Assembly: GCF_006345805.1 (NCBI RefSeq) | Contig: NC_043012.1 | Location: 56,048,001 to 56,112,000 of the forward strand | Source of the DNA: Octopus sinensis | Taxonomy: Eukaryota | Length of the DNA stretch: 64,000 nucleotides | Direction: 5' to 3' | Shown: positions 1 to 12,950 of the stretch, one piece after another | Layout: every line of letters starts with the position of its first letter | Numbering within the stretch: position 1 is the first letter of the stretch | Notes under the pieces: generated by a model | The model's input: only the letters and a program-made list of their open reading frames with translations | Told to the model about the DNA's origin: nothing | Database searches by the model: none | Program-made: the position numbers and the translations under genes

Positions 1-139
1 AACTCTTATATCCGTGTAAATCTTGTATATATCTATGTATAATTCAATATACATTAATGAAGATAAGTTTAACAATTAAATTAACATGTAACATCCTCAT
101 TAACACCACCACGGTTTAGAGCAAATATCTTGACACTAA

Positions 140-1000
140 GTAAATGAGGAGTAAATCTCTTCCAGAATAGGCAGCCAGCCTACTATCTTATGTAACATTT
201 GCAGAGAATATGCAAATTCCTAACAATTAAATGAATACAGAATGTAGAATTGAAAGGCATGTCTCCAATACTTAAAGCAACTTCGGTAGAAGATTTAAGC
301 TGAAGAACTTTGAGATGGTAGTCTAACATGGGATGAAGGAAAAAAATGCTCCTTTACTCTAAGTTGTGATGCCTGAAGAAAAATCACAGAGCTGATCAAA
401 TAATTCTGTTCAAGAGTAAACAAGCTGAAAATAGTGTGAATTTAATAGTAACAGGATGATGGCAACACAAGGAAACAAGGTTAAAAACCAGTTATTGGGA
501 TCTGCTCTGTTTATGAAACACATGGTTTTCTTATGACTGAAATCCGAAATAACGGTCAAAACAAAGAGTTTGGCTTAAATCAAAAGTGCCAGAAGATAAA
601 GGCCAAGATGTCGGCTAGTCTTCTGTGATGCATTCTGTAGTGTTCAGAAAACAGCTGACTTTCCAAACTTGGCAGCTATAGCAGCTACTTTGATACAGCA
701 GAAGCAGCCAAGCTGGCGAGGATTTGTCAGATGTCAGGAGTAGTGCTGGATGTAAAGCAGATGATAGAGTTGCTGTTATTAGTTGGGAGGAAAAGGAAGC
801 TGGAGAGAGAAGTTGATAGAAATGTTCTTGAAATAGCATCTGAAAAACATGTCTATACTTGGAAAGGAACGATTGCTAGCTACACTTGGAATGGAAGCAT
901 ATCTTGCCTTTCTCGTACTATTTTTGGTTTGTGGGACTGTCATAGGATTGTCAGCACCAACAGTTGGATTCAAAGACATAATGCTTTGGAGTTGGAGTTT
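140..1000 (-). mobile_element. Highly degenerate LINE (CR1/L2/Jockey-group) RT relic
   Basis: Frameshifted minus-strand fragments LADILAFIF, NRADPNNW and TLEQNYLIS occur in the expected order for LAPILARLF...DRSDPSNYRP...YLEQNNLIS of LINE RTs. Many stops. Confidence 0.45.
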
Positions 1001-2664
1001 TCTTTTTTTTTTTTCTCCCCTCTTAAACTTCCAGACATTTTCTAGTGAGCCACAAGTGTGAGCTAGGGTTCTAGCTAGATATTAGAGAAATCAAAAATAT
1101 ATATGACCATAACAAAAAGAACAGAATCTTAGTTTTCCCATTACGAATGGATCACAGTTTGTCTTAATCAGACAACTCATCAGGATAAGCTATCATAGAA
1201 AACCAGCTAGCAGATTTCTACCATGTGGGGTTAAGATTAAGTTGAAATCTGGTTAAATGTGATATTGACTTTTCATGCAGGCACCAGTCACAGAAGTCAG
1301 GTGCTGATGCAGAGATTAAGGAACAGAGGAACAAAATTAAGATTTAGATAATGATGATTTAGTGGTGGTGATGATAGTGAGGATGGTAATGAAGCTGGTG
1401 AGCATGATGATGATGATGATGATGATGTAGCAAATCAATGGAAATGCAAAGCTTTCAGCTTCTACACCAACTAGTTTTGGTGGATGCCCTTGATGCATGG
1501 ATTAAGGCAATTAAAAGAGATAAAAGAAGACCCTATCACTACCATCTTTATCATCATCCAACTACCACCACCCATCCTGATAATAATGTGGTGAAGTCCT
1601 ATATCTACTCTATAACAAGACACCTGTACTTGTCCCTCTATCATACTTTAGCCTTTCAACACCTGGCATAAAGCCACCTTCTCCCTCTCAAATACTGCTC
1701 CCATTAGTCCTCCCTTTTCTTCATTTACCCCCTTTTTCCTGTGTTCTTTCCTGTCTTACTAGTGCCACTGGCATGAAATAAGCACCCATTAAGCACTGTA
1801 TAGTGTGATAGAATTAGGCACCAAGCCATAGGAAACATGTCAAAGCTTATACTGAAGCTTGGTGAAGTCCTGTAGCTCACCAGATCCTGTCAAACTGTTC
1901 AACCCATGCCAGCATAGAAGACAATGGTAATGAAGATAAAATGATAGTAATCAGGCTTAAATGATAAAATGTAAATGTATAAGGTGCAGGAGTGGGTGTG
2001 TGGTAAGTAGCTTGCTTACAAACCACATGGTAATGGGTTCATTCCCACTGCATAAGACCTTGGGCAAGTGTCTTCTACTATACAGAATGACAGCTGGAAT
2101 AAGACAGCCCTTAACAAGCACTGGCCTAAAACTTTATTAACAGTGATCAGCCAAAAAGCAAAGTTGACCTAAGCACGATTTGAAACTGCTGTTCAGAGGA
2201 TCAAAACAGAAATTGAAACACATTCCACCCGATGCTCTAATGACTGCAGATAGTTAAAACTTTGATAAATATAATTGCGTAATTCAAGATAACACAGTAG
2301 CATTTATCAAAGGCTTATCAGTTTATACGATAATTGGCTACAAAACACATAAAAAAAAGGATAAATTAGCATTAAATGTATTTATATATGTATATACACA
2401 AACACACAATGACGATACATGTGTGTGCATGCATATGCACATACATATACACACACAATGACCATATATGTGTACATGTATATGTACACGTATACATACA
2501 CAAATGATACATATATATAATCATTGTTTAACGTCATGACTACACATGCATATACATATATATACACACACACAATGACTACACGTGTATATATGCACAT
2601 ACATATACACACATACACACACTGATGATACATATGCATGCATGTATATGCATATTTATATATA

Positions 2665-3666
2665 TATATCATCATCATCATCATCATTTAGCGTCCGTTT
2701 TCCATGCTAGCATGGGTTGGACGGTTCAACTGGGGTCTGGGGAGCCCGAAGGCTGCACCAGGCCAGTCAGATCTGGCAGTGTTTCTACAGCTGGATGCCC
2801 TTCCTAACGCCAACCACTCCGAGAGTGTAGTGGGTGATTTTATGTGCCACCGACACAGGTGCCAGACGAGGCTGGCGAACGGCCACGCTCGGATGGTGTT
2901 TTTATGTGCCACCGACACAGGTGCCAGATGAGGCTGGCGGACGGCCACGATCGGATGGTGTTTGTTACGTCCCCAAAGCACGGAGGCCAGTCTATGCGGT
3001 ACTGGCTACGGCCACGTTCGGATGATTTTCTTGTGTGCCACCGGCACTGGTACCACAAAGATACAAATTCCATTGATGTTCATCTATTTTGATTTGATTT
3101 GATTTGATTTTCACTTGCCTCAACAGGTCTTCACAAGTGTCACAAGTAGGAAGGTATGCACAGATGGACTGACTACGTCCCAGGTAGGGGCCACGGGTTA
3201 TGGCCTGACTAGTCTTGCCGGGTCTTCGGATGGTGTTTTTATGTGCCACCGACACAGGTGCCAGATGAGGCTGGCGAACGGCCACGATCGGATGGTGTTT
3301 GTTACGTGCCCACAGCACGGAGGCCAGTCGATGCGGTACTGGCTACGGCCACGTTCGGATGGTTTTCTTGTGTGCCACCGGCACTGGTACCACAAAGATA
3401 CAAATTCCATTGATGTTCATCTATTTTGATTTGGTTTGATTTGATTTGATTTGATTTTCACTTGCCTCAACAGGTCTACACAAGTGTCACACACTTGCCT
3501 CAACAGGTCTTCACAAGTGTCATAAGTAGGTGTCACACACTTGCCTCAACAGGTCTTCACAAGTGTCATAAGTAGGAAGGTATGCACAGGTGGACTGACT
3601 ACGTCGCCGGGTCTTCGGATGGTGTTTTTATGTGCCACCGACACAGGTGCCAGATGAGGCTGGCGA
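2665..3666 (-). mobile_element. SINE family C (V-domain-like, RTE-type GAT tail), internally expanded copy
   Basis: Tail (CAT)n-TTTAGCGTCCGTTTTCCATGCTAGCATGGGTTGGAC, conserved block AGCTGGATGCCCTTCCTAACGCC (resembles the V-SINE domain), ~62 bp subunits and ~337 bp block duplications. Confidence 0.8.
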
Positions 3667-4770
3667 CACACACACACACACACAATGATGATACATATGT
3701 GCCCATGTATATCCACACACACACACACTGTCAATATATGTATGTGCATGCATATGCACCCTCCCCTGGCCCAATTTTATTAACATGACTAATTGAATAA
3801 GCTGATCGTTCCTTAGGTTAATCTGACCACTTTTTGTTCAAGTGAAGTAGCTAAGGTGAAGAGGGCAAAGAAATGCTTGTAACCATTATGGAAATACTTG
3901 TAACCATCCCAGAATATGCATGTGCAACTCAATTGAAATCTGCAGCAGAACAAAGACTGTAAAACAGAGCTTATGACTACAAAATAATGTTTTCTTTGGG
4001 ACAAAGAACAAAGACATTTTAAGACAAATCTATGTTTGAGGAAAAGAAAGAAAAAAAAAACTACAAGCACATTCAGTATGCCATACTCATAATTTACATG
4101 GGGTGCATAAAATATGAGTGCAGTGAGTAGGAGTTCAATCCCCATTTGGGTTCTTTATTTTTTTTTTTTTTGCTATGGTTGTGTGGTTAAGCTCACTTTA
4201 CAGCCATGTGGTTTCAGGTTCAGACCCACTGCATGGCACTTTGGGCTAGCATTGCCTACCATAGCCCTGGGTCAACCAATGTTGGTTCATTTACCCTCAC
4301 CACACCCCATAACTTTACAGTTCAGCAAAAGATGCAGATTGAATAAGGACCAGACTTCAAAAAAACAAAAAAAAAGTAGAAGTCAATTTGACTAAACCCT
4401 TCCAAGGTGATGCTCCAGCATGGCCACATTCCAATGAGTGATAAAAGATAATTCTGGTTATAACGCTCAATCAGAATTGACTCGGGGTTACATCGTAACA
4501 AGGTTTTTAAACAAGTATCCAAATCTAACTCAGATCAACATTTATCTTTCATCCTTTTGGAATCAAAAAGGTACCAGTCAAATGCTGGGGTTAATATAAT
4601 CGACATTATTCTTTAGTGTGGTGCCCCAGTATGGCCATAACCCAATGACTGAAGCCATTAAAAGGACACATATGTTATAATACAACATATAGCCAATTAT
4701 ACATCTCTGGATAAACATCCCTGGAAGTGAGTTTGGTAGACTGAAACCTACAGAAGATCGTCAGGTGGGA

Positions 4771-5622
4771 GAGAGGGGGTGAGAAGAAAGGAGAAGCTAG
4801 AAAGGAAGAAGAGAGGAGTGAGAAGAAAGGGGAAGCTAGAAAGGAAGAAGAGAGGGGTGAGAAGAAAGGGGAAGCTAGAAAGGAAGAAGAGAGGGGTGAG
4901 AAGAAAGGGGAAGCTAGAAAGGAAGAGAGAGGGGGTGAGAAGAAAGGGGAAGCTAGAAAGGAAGAGAGAGGGGGTGAGAAGAAAGGGGAAGCTAGAAAGG
5001 AAGAAGAGAGGGGGTGAGAAGAAAGGAGAAGCTAGAAAGGAAGAAGAGAGGGGTGAGAAGAAAGGGGAAGCTAGAAAGGAAGAAGAGAGGGGTGAGAAGA
5101 AAGGGGAAGCTAGAAAGGAAGAAGAGAGGGGTGAGAAGAAAGGGGAAGCTAGAAAGGAAGAAGAGAGGGGGTGAGAAGAAAGGAGAAGCTAGAAAGGAAG
5201 AAGAGAGGGGTGAGAAGAAAGGGAAGCTAGAAAGGAAGAAGAGAGGGGTGAGAAGAAAGGGGAAGCTAGAAAGGAAGAAGAGAGGGGTGAGAAGAAAGGG
5301 GAAGCTAGAAAGGAAGAAGAGAGGGGTGAGAAGAAAGGGGAAGCTAGAAAGGAAGAGAGGGGTGAGAAGGGGAAGCTAGAAAGGGAGAGGAGAAGGAGCG
5401 AGAGGCGAAAAAGAGAGAGGAGAGGGGCAAAAAAGAGAGAGGAGGCATGAGAAGAGGAGGGGTGCAAAAGAGGGTGTGAAAAGGGGTTGGGGCAAGGAGG
5501 GGGCAAGAAAGGGAGAGGAGGGGCGAGAAAAGGAGAGGAGGGGCAAGAAAGGGAGAGGAGGAGGCGAAAAAGGGAGAGGAGGGGGCGAGAAAGGGAGAGG
5601 AGGGGGCGAGAAAGGGAGAGAA
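4771..5622 (+). repeat. Polypurine minisatellite, 39 bp unit (~15 copies), then a degenerate ~21 bp unit
   Basis: Unit GAGAAGAAAGGGGAAGCTAGAAAGGAAGAAGAGAGGGGT from 4781 to ~5378, then GGAGGGGGCGAGAAAGGGAGA-like units to ~5622. Confidence 0.95.
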
Positions 5623-7697
5623 AGTCGGTGTCCCCTTGACTCAACATTGTGTGATAATTGTAAACAAGTCACACCATCATGCAGCTATGTTTGTTTCCAA
5701 TCTTCCATGAAAACATATCCGGCCACAGGGAAATATTACCCCACGAGAGTTGGCAACAGAAAGAGGAACTAGTCCTAACAAAACAAAAGAAAGACAAAAA
5801 GGAAACAGATCTCCCTTAACAAATTCCATCAGCCCTGTGCAAGCATGGAAAAATAACCATTAAAGCAATGATGATGAGGATACAGAAGCTGTATTTATAG
5901 AGCTGAGCTTCAAGATATAAATCAAAACCAGCATTTTCAGTAAGGGGGATCCCTGCCTTTGGTTCAGGGCAATACTAACCGACACTAGGTGACTGTTTCT
6001 GATACCTAACTATTGTTAGTGTAATAACTATTAAGAGAAAAGAAGAAAAAAACCTGGTGTCCTTGTTACTGACTTTGAATATGAGACAAGAAAAAAAGCT
6101 AAATCACCTTCAAATTACAGCTTGCTGGATATTAGGTAATGTACTATCATCATCATTTAATGTCTGTTGCCCATGTTGGCATGGTTTGGACAGTTTGACC
6201 AGAGCTGGCAACCTGGGAAGCTGCACCAGACTCCAGTCTGATTTGGCAATGGTTTCTACAGCAGGATGCTCTTCTTAATGCCAACCACTTTACAGAGTGT
6301 GCTGAGTGCTGTTACAGACACTGCAGGGGCACATTACATGAAGCCACACAGGTGCTTTATTCCCCTAATCAAGGTTGGACAGTAGCATGGCTAAATGCAT
6401 TTTGAGGAGATTGAACACCGAGACCTATAGCTCAATCACAACAGCTTAGGACAGATACAGAACGGTGGGGAGCGACAGTGATTCATTGTTGATACTACAA
6501 ATTGAGACTATACATATAGGTACGCACGATGGGCTTCTGTAGGTTTCAGCCGACCAAATCCCTTGGTTGGCCCAGGGCTATAGCAGAAGACAAAACATTG
6601 CATGGTTATCCAAAGCATAGGGGTGTAGCTAAAGAAGCTTGCAGTGTAACCACATGGTTTCAGGTTCAGTCCTTCCGCATGGAACTTTAGGCAAGCATCT
6701 ACTACTACATCCCCGAGAAAACAAATGTCTTGTAAATGAACTTGGTACACAGAAACTGTGTGGAAGCCTGTTCTGTGTGTATGGATGTGTGTGTGGTGTG
6801 TGTGTGTGATATTACCAACCACCCACTCCCACTTGACAACCACACCAAGTCTTGGCTTGTTTGGCTTAAAAAAATACAGGAGATCATTTGTTCAACTAAA
6901 CACTTCAAAGTGGTGCCCCAGAATGACCACAGTCAAATGATGAAATAAGATAAAAGATATGGGCAGTTATCATCAATATCTGCAGAAAGCCTATGATGAT
7001 GATGATGATGATGACATGGCTCTAAAAAGACAAGATGGCCATGGCTAGAATGCATTTGATCACAGGATCAGCCTGGTACCCAACAATAACAGACTTGTAT
7101 TTGGAAAGCACAAGATCTAAGAGTTAAGTGCTTAGTGAAAACTGAAATGGCACGAATGTGGGAATGAACCCATATTGAAAGACTTGAGCTTGCCACGACA
7201 GCTTACTACTACCATTCTGCAGTGCTCGTGCTTAGACACACACACACAGCTGTATAAGGTAAACACAACATCCTAGGAAGTTTACATTAGCCAGTAGGGG
7301 GATAGAAAAATAGCTCTGCCTTCATATCCAAACACAAGCACAAAGCATTCACAGTAGCTCTTTAATCTCTCTCTTTCTCTCATTCACACACATAACTAGG
7401 TTGTCAATAAACAACAAAACAGACAAGTGTAAAAAGGAAAAGGAAACGTTCTTTTTTTATTTTTGTTTTTTTTCTCTCTCTTTTTTAAGTTAATGAGATT
7501 TAAACGTCATTCCACATAAGCAGAGGAAATTGCGCTGTAAGGAGCAATATTAAGTTGGTAAACCCAAACTATTCCCAGTATTTAGGTTAAAGTAGTTGTA
7601 ATGGATGTATAATTCTGGCAGCCAATCTTCTTCAGTCAGAAACCAGCTTGTCAAGATAATTTTTACTTAAAATGGAAAAATGACTTTTGTGGGGCAA

Positions 7698-8115
7698 GTA
7701 TGTATGTATGCACATATGTGTGCGTGTGAGTGAGCGAGTATGTGCGTGTGAGTGAGCGAGTATGTGCGAGTGAGCAAGTGTGAGCGAGTGAGTATGTGCG
7801 AGTGAGTGAGTATGTGTGCGTGTGAGTGGGCATGTGTGCGTGTGAGTGGGAAGTGTGCGTGTGAGTGGGCATGTGTGCGCGTGAGTGGGCATGTGTGCGT
7901 GTGAGTGGGCATGTGTGCGTGTGAGTGGGCATGTGTGCGTGTGAGTGGGCATGTGTGCGTGGGCATGTGTGCGTGTGAGTGGGCATGTGTGCGTGTGAGT
8001 GGGCATGTGTGCGTGTGAGTGGGCATGTGTGCGTATGAGTGAGTGAGTATGAGTGTGTGTGTATGCGCGAGTGAGTGAGCATGCATGCACAAGTGAGTGT
8101 GAGTATGCACATGCA
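7698..8115 (+). repeat. GT-derived minisatellite, 20 bp unit
   Basis: GTGAGTGGGCATGTGTGCGT repeated in register ~7820-8035 within (GT)/(GAGT) degenerate flanks. Confidence 0.95.
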
Positions 8116-8476
8116 CACTAGAATGTGAACAAGTACAATTTGCTTCCTGAGAAATATTATTCAAATTATAACAAATGAACCACCACCATCATCATCATCA
8201 TCATCAGTTTAACATCTACTTTTCTATGTTTGCTTGCATTAGACAAGAATATGTTTGTACCAAAATTTTCAACAGTTGGATGCCCTTCCTGATGCCAACC
8301 TCCAGCTCATTTCCAGGCAAGGTAATAATCTCCCTACTGAACAACCAACAATCCAGAGATACTTATTATGCAGACAACTGGAAATAAATAACAATGTTTG
8401 TTGGCAGGTCCACTGTTCATTCCTTACAACTAGGAAACACACAAGAAAGGAAGTTGCTCAAAGAAACACACACGAA

Positions 8477-8536
<60 letters not shown>

Positions 8537-10393
8537 GAGCAAAATGCACCCCCGTCCAACGGATGGTGCTGAGTTGTCAAACATTTAAATCAAATTTTCT
8601 CAAAACACCTTGTCCAACCATCCCATAGGCCTCCCCTTTGAGAAACACTGATTTAACCTAAATTTGAGACACCAGCAAAAGAAAAACGATTTTATTCACA
8701 GAGTTTAAAGTACCAGTAATGATAAGGCTGTTGGCTGGGAGAACAAAAACATGGTTTAAACAGTTCTTTTCATTAAAAAATAATTAAGCATGCCTTTATT
8801 TCAATAAAATTTTTGGTTTTGTTAAACGAAGTTAAGGCAAAAAAAAAAAAAACTTCTTGAGAAACCAAATAGTCTTTCCTTCCTTCATGCCAAGTTTGAA
8901 GAAAATATCTTTGGCATCTTACTTTTTTGGTCTCTTAAATATACTGCATTTTGTGGCATTATTTCAAGCCAGCGATTAAGTTGATTAAATCGATCCCAGT
9001 GCATAACTGGTACTTAATTTATCAACCCCGAAAGGATGAAAGGTAATGTCGACCACGGTAGAATTTGAACTCAGGACGTAACAGCAGACGAAATACTGCT
9101 AAGCGTTTCGCCTGGTGTGCTAACATTTCTGCCAGCTCACTGCCTTCTAGCTTCCTTCAGTTTCTATCAACCAAATCCACTTGGAAGGTCTTGGTCTGGT
9201 CAGCCCAAGGCTATAGTAGAAGACAATTGCCCAAGGTGTCACAAAGTGGGAATGAACCCAGAATGTTGCGGTTGGGAAGCAAGCTTCTTACCACACACAC
9301 ACACACACACAAAAGGTTTCTTTCAGTTTCCAACTATTAAATCTACTCACAAGGTTTTGGTCAACCCAGAACTATAACAGAAGACACCACCCCAAGTTTC
9401 ACACAATAGGACTAAACATGAAACCATATGGTTGTGAGGCAAACTTTTTGACTACACAGCCATGCCTGTGCCCATTGAATGTTACAAAAACTAAATTTAA
9501 AGAATGCACCCAAGAATTAGAAATTATAGAATTTCCCTTAAAATTCTGACTATAAATGTATTTCAGCAGAACATAGAAACAGATACTACAGGAGCTTCCA
9601 TGTGGCCATTCAATCTGCTAAATATAAGACAGAGATTTGAAGAAGGCCAGAGTGGTACAACAGCCAAAACAGTTGTGACTATAACTACCAAGGTGAGGAT
9701 GCTAGTCTTGAATACATCATTGTATAATGATAATTCTCCATTTCATAAATTCCAACAAAAATGAAAGTATCAAATTATATATATATATATATACATACAC
9801 ACACACACACACAAGGTGGTCCCAAAATTAGGTTTACAGTTATTCAACTCTTTCGCATTCATATTAACAATTTAGATCTTAATTATTAAAAAAATATGAA
9901 ACCATTATTCTATGCTAATCTAATTTATTTTTGTCAAGCTCCTTTTTCAGTTTGTAAGGCAGAAATATAAAAGTAATAAAAGAAATTTAAGGAAACTGTA
10001 TTTTAAATTTTTGATTTCGTAGAATGCTTGCTAAGCCTTATCAGGTACTTATATAAGTTCAGTAAAAATTTAGATTCAGTTGAATATGGTACTTAAGTTA
10101 AAGGCACCATATTATATGGTATTATCCATATAATTCAAAATGGGGTGATTATAATCAAAATAAGCAACAAGGATATCCAGAGGTAATGCAGTACGATTGT
10201 TTCATGTGACTCCATTTAATTGAACAATGCAAGTATTACATCAGTTTTAAAATGTAGACCAATCTTCAGCTGCATACAAATATAGAATTTAGTTAAATTT
10301 AAAAGATTCATTTTTATAGTTATTCCATTAACTAAAATCACAAAGAGGGTAAGTAAGTAGACAGAGAAACAAGTTTCATCAACAAATACATAC

Positions 10394-10426
<33 letters not shown>

Positions 10427-10986
10427 ATATATGATATAAACGTAAATGTCAAATGATGAAAGGAGTGCTCTCAACACCGCATTGATGAATATATAATTTC
10501 TTTATTTAAATGGACAATACTTATGGCTATATAAATGGTCAATATCATATTAGACACATATTTCATGAAGTGGGTTCCAAACACTTGCAGAGTTCTGTAA
10601 GGAAAATTCTGATATTCCGCAAAATAGTCTTAATAAAATAAAAGACTGTATTTCCTTATATATATATATATATATATATATAGGTATTTACCATTATTTC
10701 AAAACAGTAAGCTATATATTCTTTTAAATGAATAAATAGTCTACTTCTCTAACAAAAAAAAAAAAAACTAATTATCTCATTTAATGATATATAACAATTT
10801 GGAAAGCAAGAGTTGTTCGGCAAACATAGATAAGGGTTCCAGGATTTTTTTTTTTTAAATTCACAAAAGGGTTTCACAACAAAAGTTTGGATACCAAAAA
10901 TAACTACATCCTCATCATCACCCAGCTTCAGATGAAATTCGAACAAACAGTCCAAAAACTCAATAGCAAAATCAAGAGTTACTTAC

Positions 10987-11143
10987 TTTTTTCCCCTCTT
11001 CTATTATTCTCCATTACCTCAACTCCAAATTGTATAATGTCTCCAGAGAAAATTTCTCTGGAAGGGTTTTCATCAGAACCCATGGTAAGTCTCTTGTTGT
11101 TGACAAATGTACCATTGCTGCTCTTCGTATCTTGTAAATCAAA
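10987..11143 (-). CDS. SLMAP: SLMAP coding exon 2 (C-terminal half of FHA domain; 157 nt, phase 0 to 1)
   Basis: Acceptor TTCTCTTTGTTTTCAG| and donor A|GTAAGT. Translates [52 protein letters not shown], matching [24 protein letters not shown]...[17 protein letters not shown]. In frame with exon 1. Confidence 0.96.
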
Positions 11144-11551
11144 CTGAAAACAAAGAGAATAAAGAACAAAGAGTAAGTCAGTGATTCAACCAAAACTCAA
11201 GTGGATCTATCTTAAGATGTCTCATAGTCAAGTAGTCAATTAATTAACAAAAAACAAAAATGTATACAACAGTAAAATTTATAGAAAAAAGTTGTCATTG
11301 CTCCCCACTCCTGAACAGACACACACACAGAGCAACAGAAAAAAAAAAAAAACATAACACAAGTCTCTATAATTTCCACTCAAAATTTACATCCACGCCC
11401 TAATTTCCTCCTCAAACACTCAAATTTCTCCTTAACTGTGATTCACATCCCTACCACTATATCGGTATGAAAACTTTCACAGAAAGCTCCTTGCATACTC
11501 ATTACCTTGCCATCTCAAATGTACCATTATAACTCAGCAAGTAGAAGATAG

Positions 11552-12178
11552 CTTTGGTTTCAAATTTTGGCAAAAGACCAGCAATTTAGTGGAAGAGGGG
11601 CAAGTTGATTACATCGACCCCAGTTGTCAAATGATACTTATTTTATCAATACTCGAAAGGATGAAAGGCAAAGTCAATCTTGGCAGAATTTGAACTCAAA
11701 ACGTTAAGACGGATGAAATGTTGCTAAGCATTTTGCCTGGTGTGTTACTGATTCTGACCGAATCGTTAGCAGGATATGACATATCATGAGAATGGATAAA
11801 ATCTTATTTCTTTATTGCCCACAAGGGGCTACACACAGAGGGGACAAACAAGGACAGACAGACGGATTAAGTTGATTATATCGACCCCAGTGAGTAACTG
11901 GTACTTATTTAACCGACCCCGAAAGGATGAAAAGCAAAGTCAACTTCAGAGGAATTTGAACTCAGAACGTTGCGGCAGATGAAATACCTATTTCTTTACT
12001 ATCCACAAGGGACTAAACACAGAGAAGACAAACAAGGACAGACAAACGGATTGAGTCGATTATATCAAACCCAGTGCGTAAATGGTACTTATTTAATCGA
12101 CCCCGAAAGGATGAAAGGCAAAGTCGACCTCGGCAGAATTTGAACTCAGAACGTAGCAGCATGCTAACGTTTCTGCAG
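11552..12178 (-). mobile_element. Three tandem SINE family B copies
   Basis: Units at ~11552-11757, 11803-11988 and 11989-12178, each with the GAAAGGATGAAA(A/G)GCAAAGT...GAATTTGAACTCA block. Confidence 0.85.
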
Positions 12179-12673
12179 TCAGGTATTCATCAGATGCTAT
12201 AAAACTGTAGGGGAACATGCTAGAAAAAAAGAAAAAAAAAAACTTACATTCAAGGGGGTCTTTTGAGAGTTGTGGATCATCCAAATGGGAAATTAATGTA
12301 AAATGCAGTACCATTTTGATTTAGTTTGAGGGTATAGTACCACAGATGTGCTGGAGATATATTTGGCTATTTAGATGGTTTCAAATTTAGAGAACCATTA
12401 TTAAAAAAAAGTTTAATTATTTTAAAATAAAATATTTAGTTACTACATTCCTTTACATTCTTGAATTCAAATTGTACCAGGGTCAACTTTGCTTTTCTTC
12501 ATAATGGGAATGATAAATACCAGCCAATTTAATCATCTCTTATCCTCCCTATCTCCCTTCCAATAACTCTGTGACCTTATGTCAATGCTGTCATTTCAAT
12601 ATTTGGCCATGAAACAAGCAAATACATTTGTTCATTTTGAGACAACCACAAACAGTGCCAATAGTCATACATA

Positions 12674-12902
12674 GGTGGCAAGCTGGTAGAAACATTAGCA
12701 CGCCAGGCGAAAAGCTTAGAAGTATTTCGTCTGCCGTTATGTCCCGAGTTCAAATTCCGCCGAGGTCGACATTGCCTTTCATCCTTTCGGGGTAGATAAA
12801 TTAAGTACCAGTTACGCACTGGGGTCGATGTAATTGACTTAATCCCTTTGTCCTTGTTTGTCCCCTCTATGTTTAGCCCCTTGTGGGCAATAAAGAAACA
12901 AG
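12674..12902 (+). mobile_element. SINE family B (tRNA-derived; central block resembles Meta/Sauria-type domain) with 14 bp TSD
   Basis: GGTGGCAAGCTGG...GAGTTCAAATTCCGCCGAGGTCGACATTGCCTTTCATCCTTTCGGGGTAGATAAATTAAGTACCAG...GGGCAATAAAGAAACAAG. Flanked by AATAGTCATACATA at 12660-12673 and 12903-12916. Confidence 0.9.
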
Positions 12903-12950
12903 AATAGTCATACATAAGGGGGGAAATGATAGATTTGCTAAAGCAGCGAT

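Noticed and set aside
2830-3060. Regularly spaced repeats superficially like a CRISPR array
   Set aside because: These are SINE-internal subunits with homologous 'spacers' in a eukaryotic intron; no cas genes.
4779-5772. Long Arg/Lys/Glu-rich and Ser/Pro/Leu-rich ORFs (protamine-like)
   Set aside because: These are translations of a 39 bp purine minisatellite that lacks stops by composition, with no splice or start context.
9563-9742. Minus-strand frame with a TM-like stretch (ILTLVVIVTTVLAVVPLWP), a possible tail-anchor exon for a short FHA-TM isoform
   Set aside because: No convincing acceptor in the right phase and no similarity to the SLMAP tail; hydrophobic runs are common in AT-rich DNA.
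9813-10400. Tc1/mariner-like terminal sequence CAAGGTGGTCCCAAAATT and possible transposase relic
   Set aside because: No matching second TIR or clear DDD/E motif found.
1-10986. SLMAP coding exon 3 (expected phase-1 start, VTHGCI-like motif)
   Set aside because: No THGC-encoding segment with a proper acceptor was found by eye; it probably lies left of the window.
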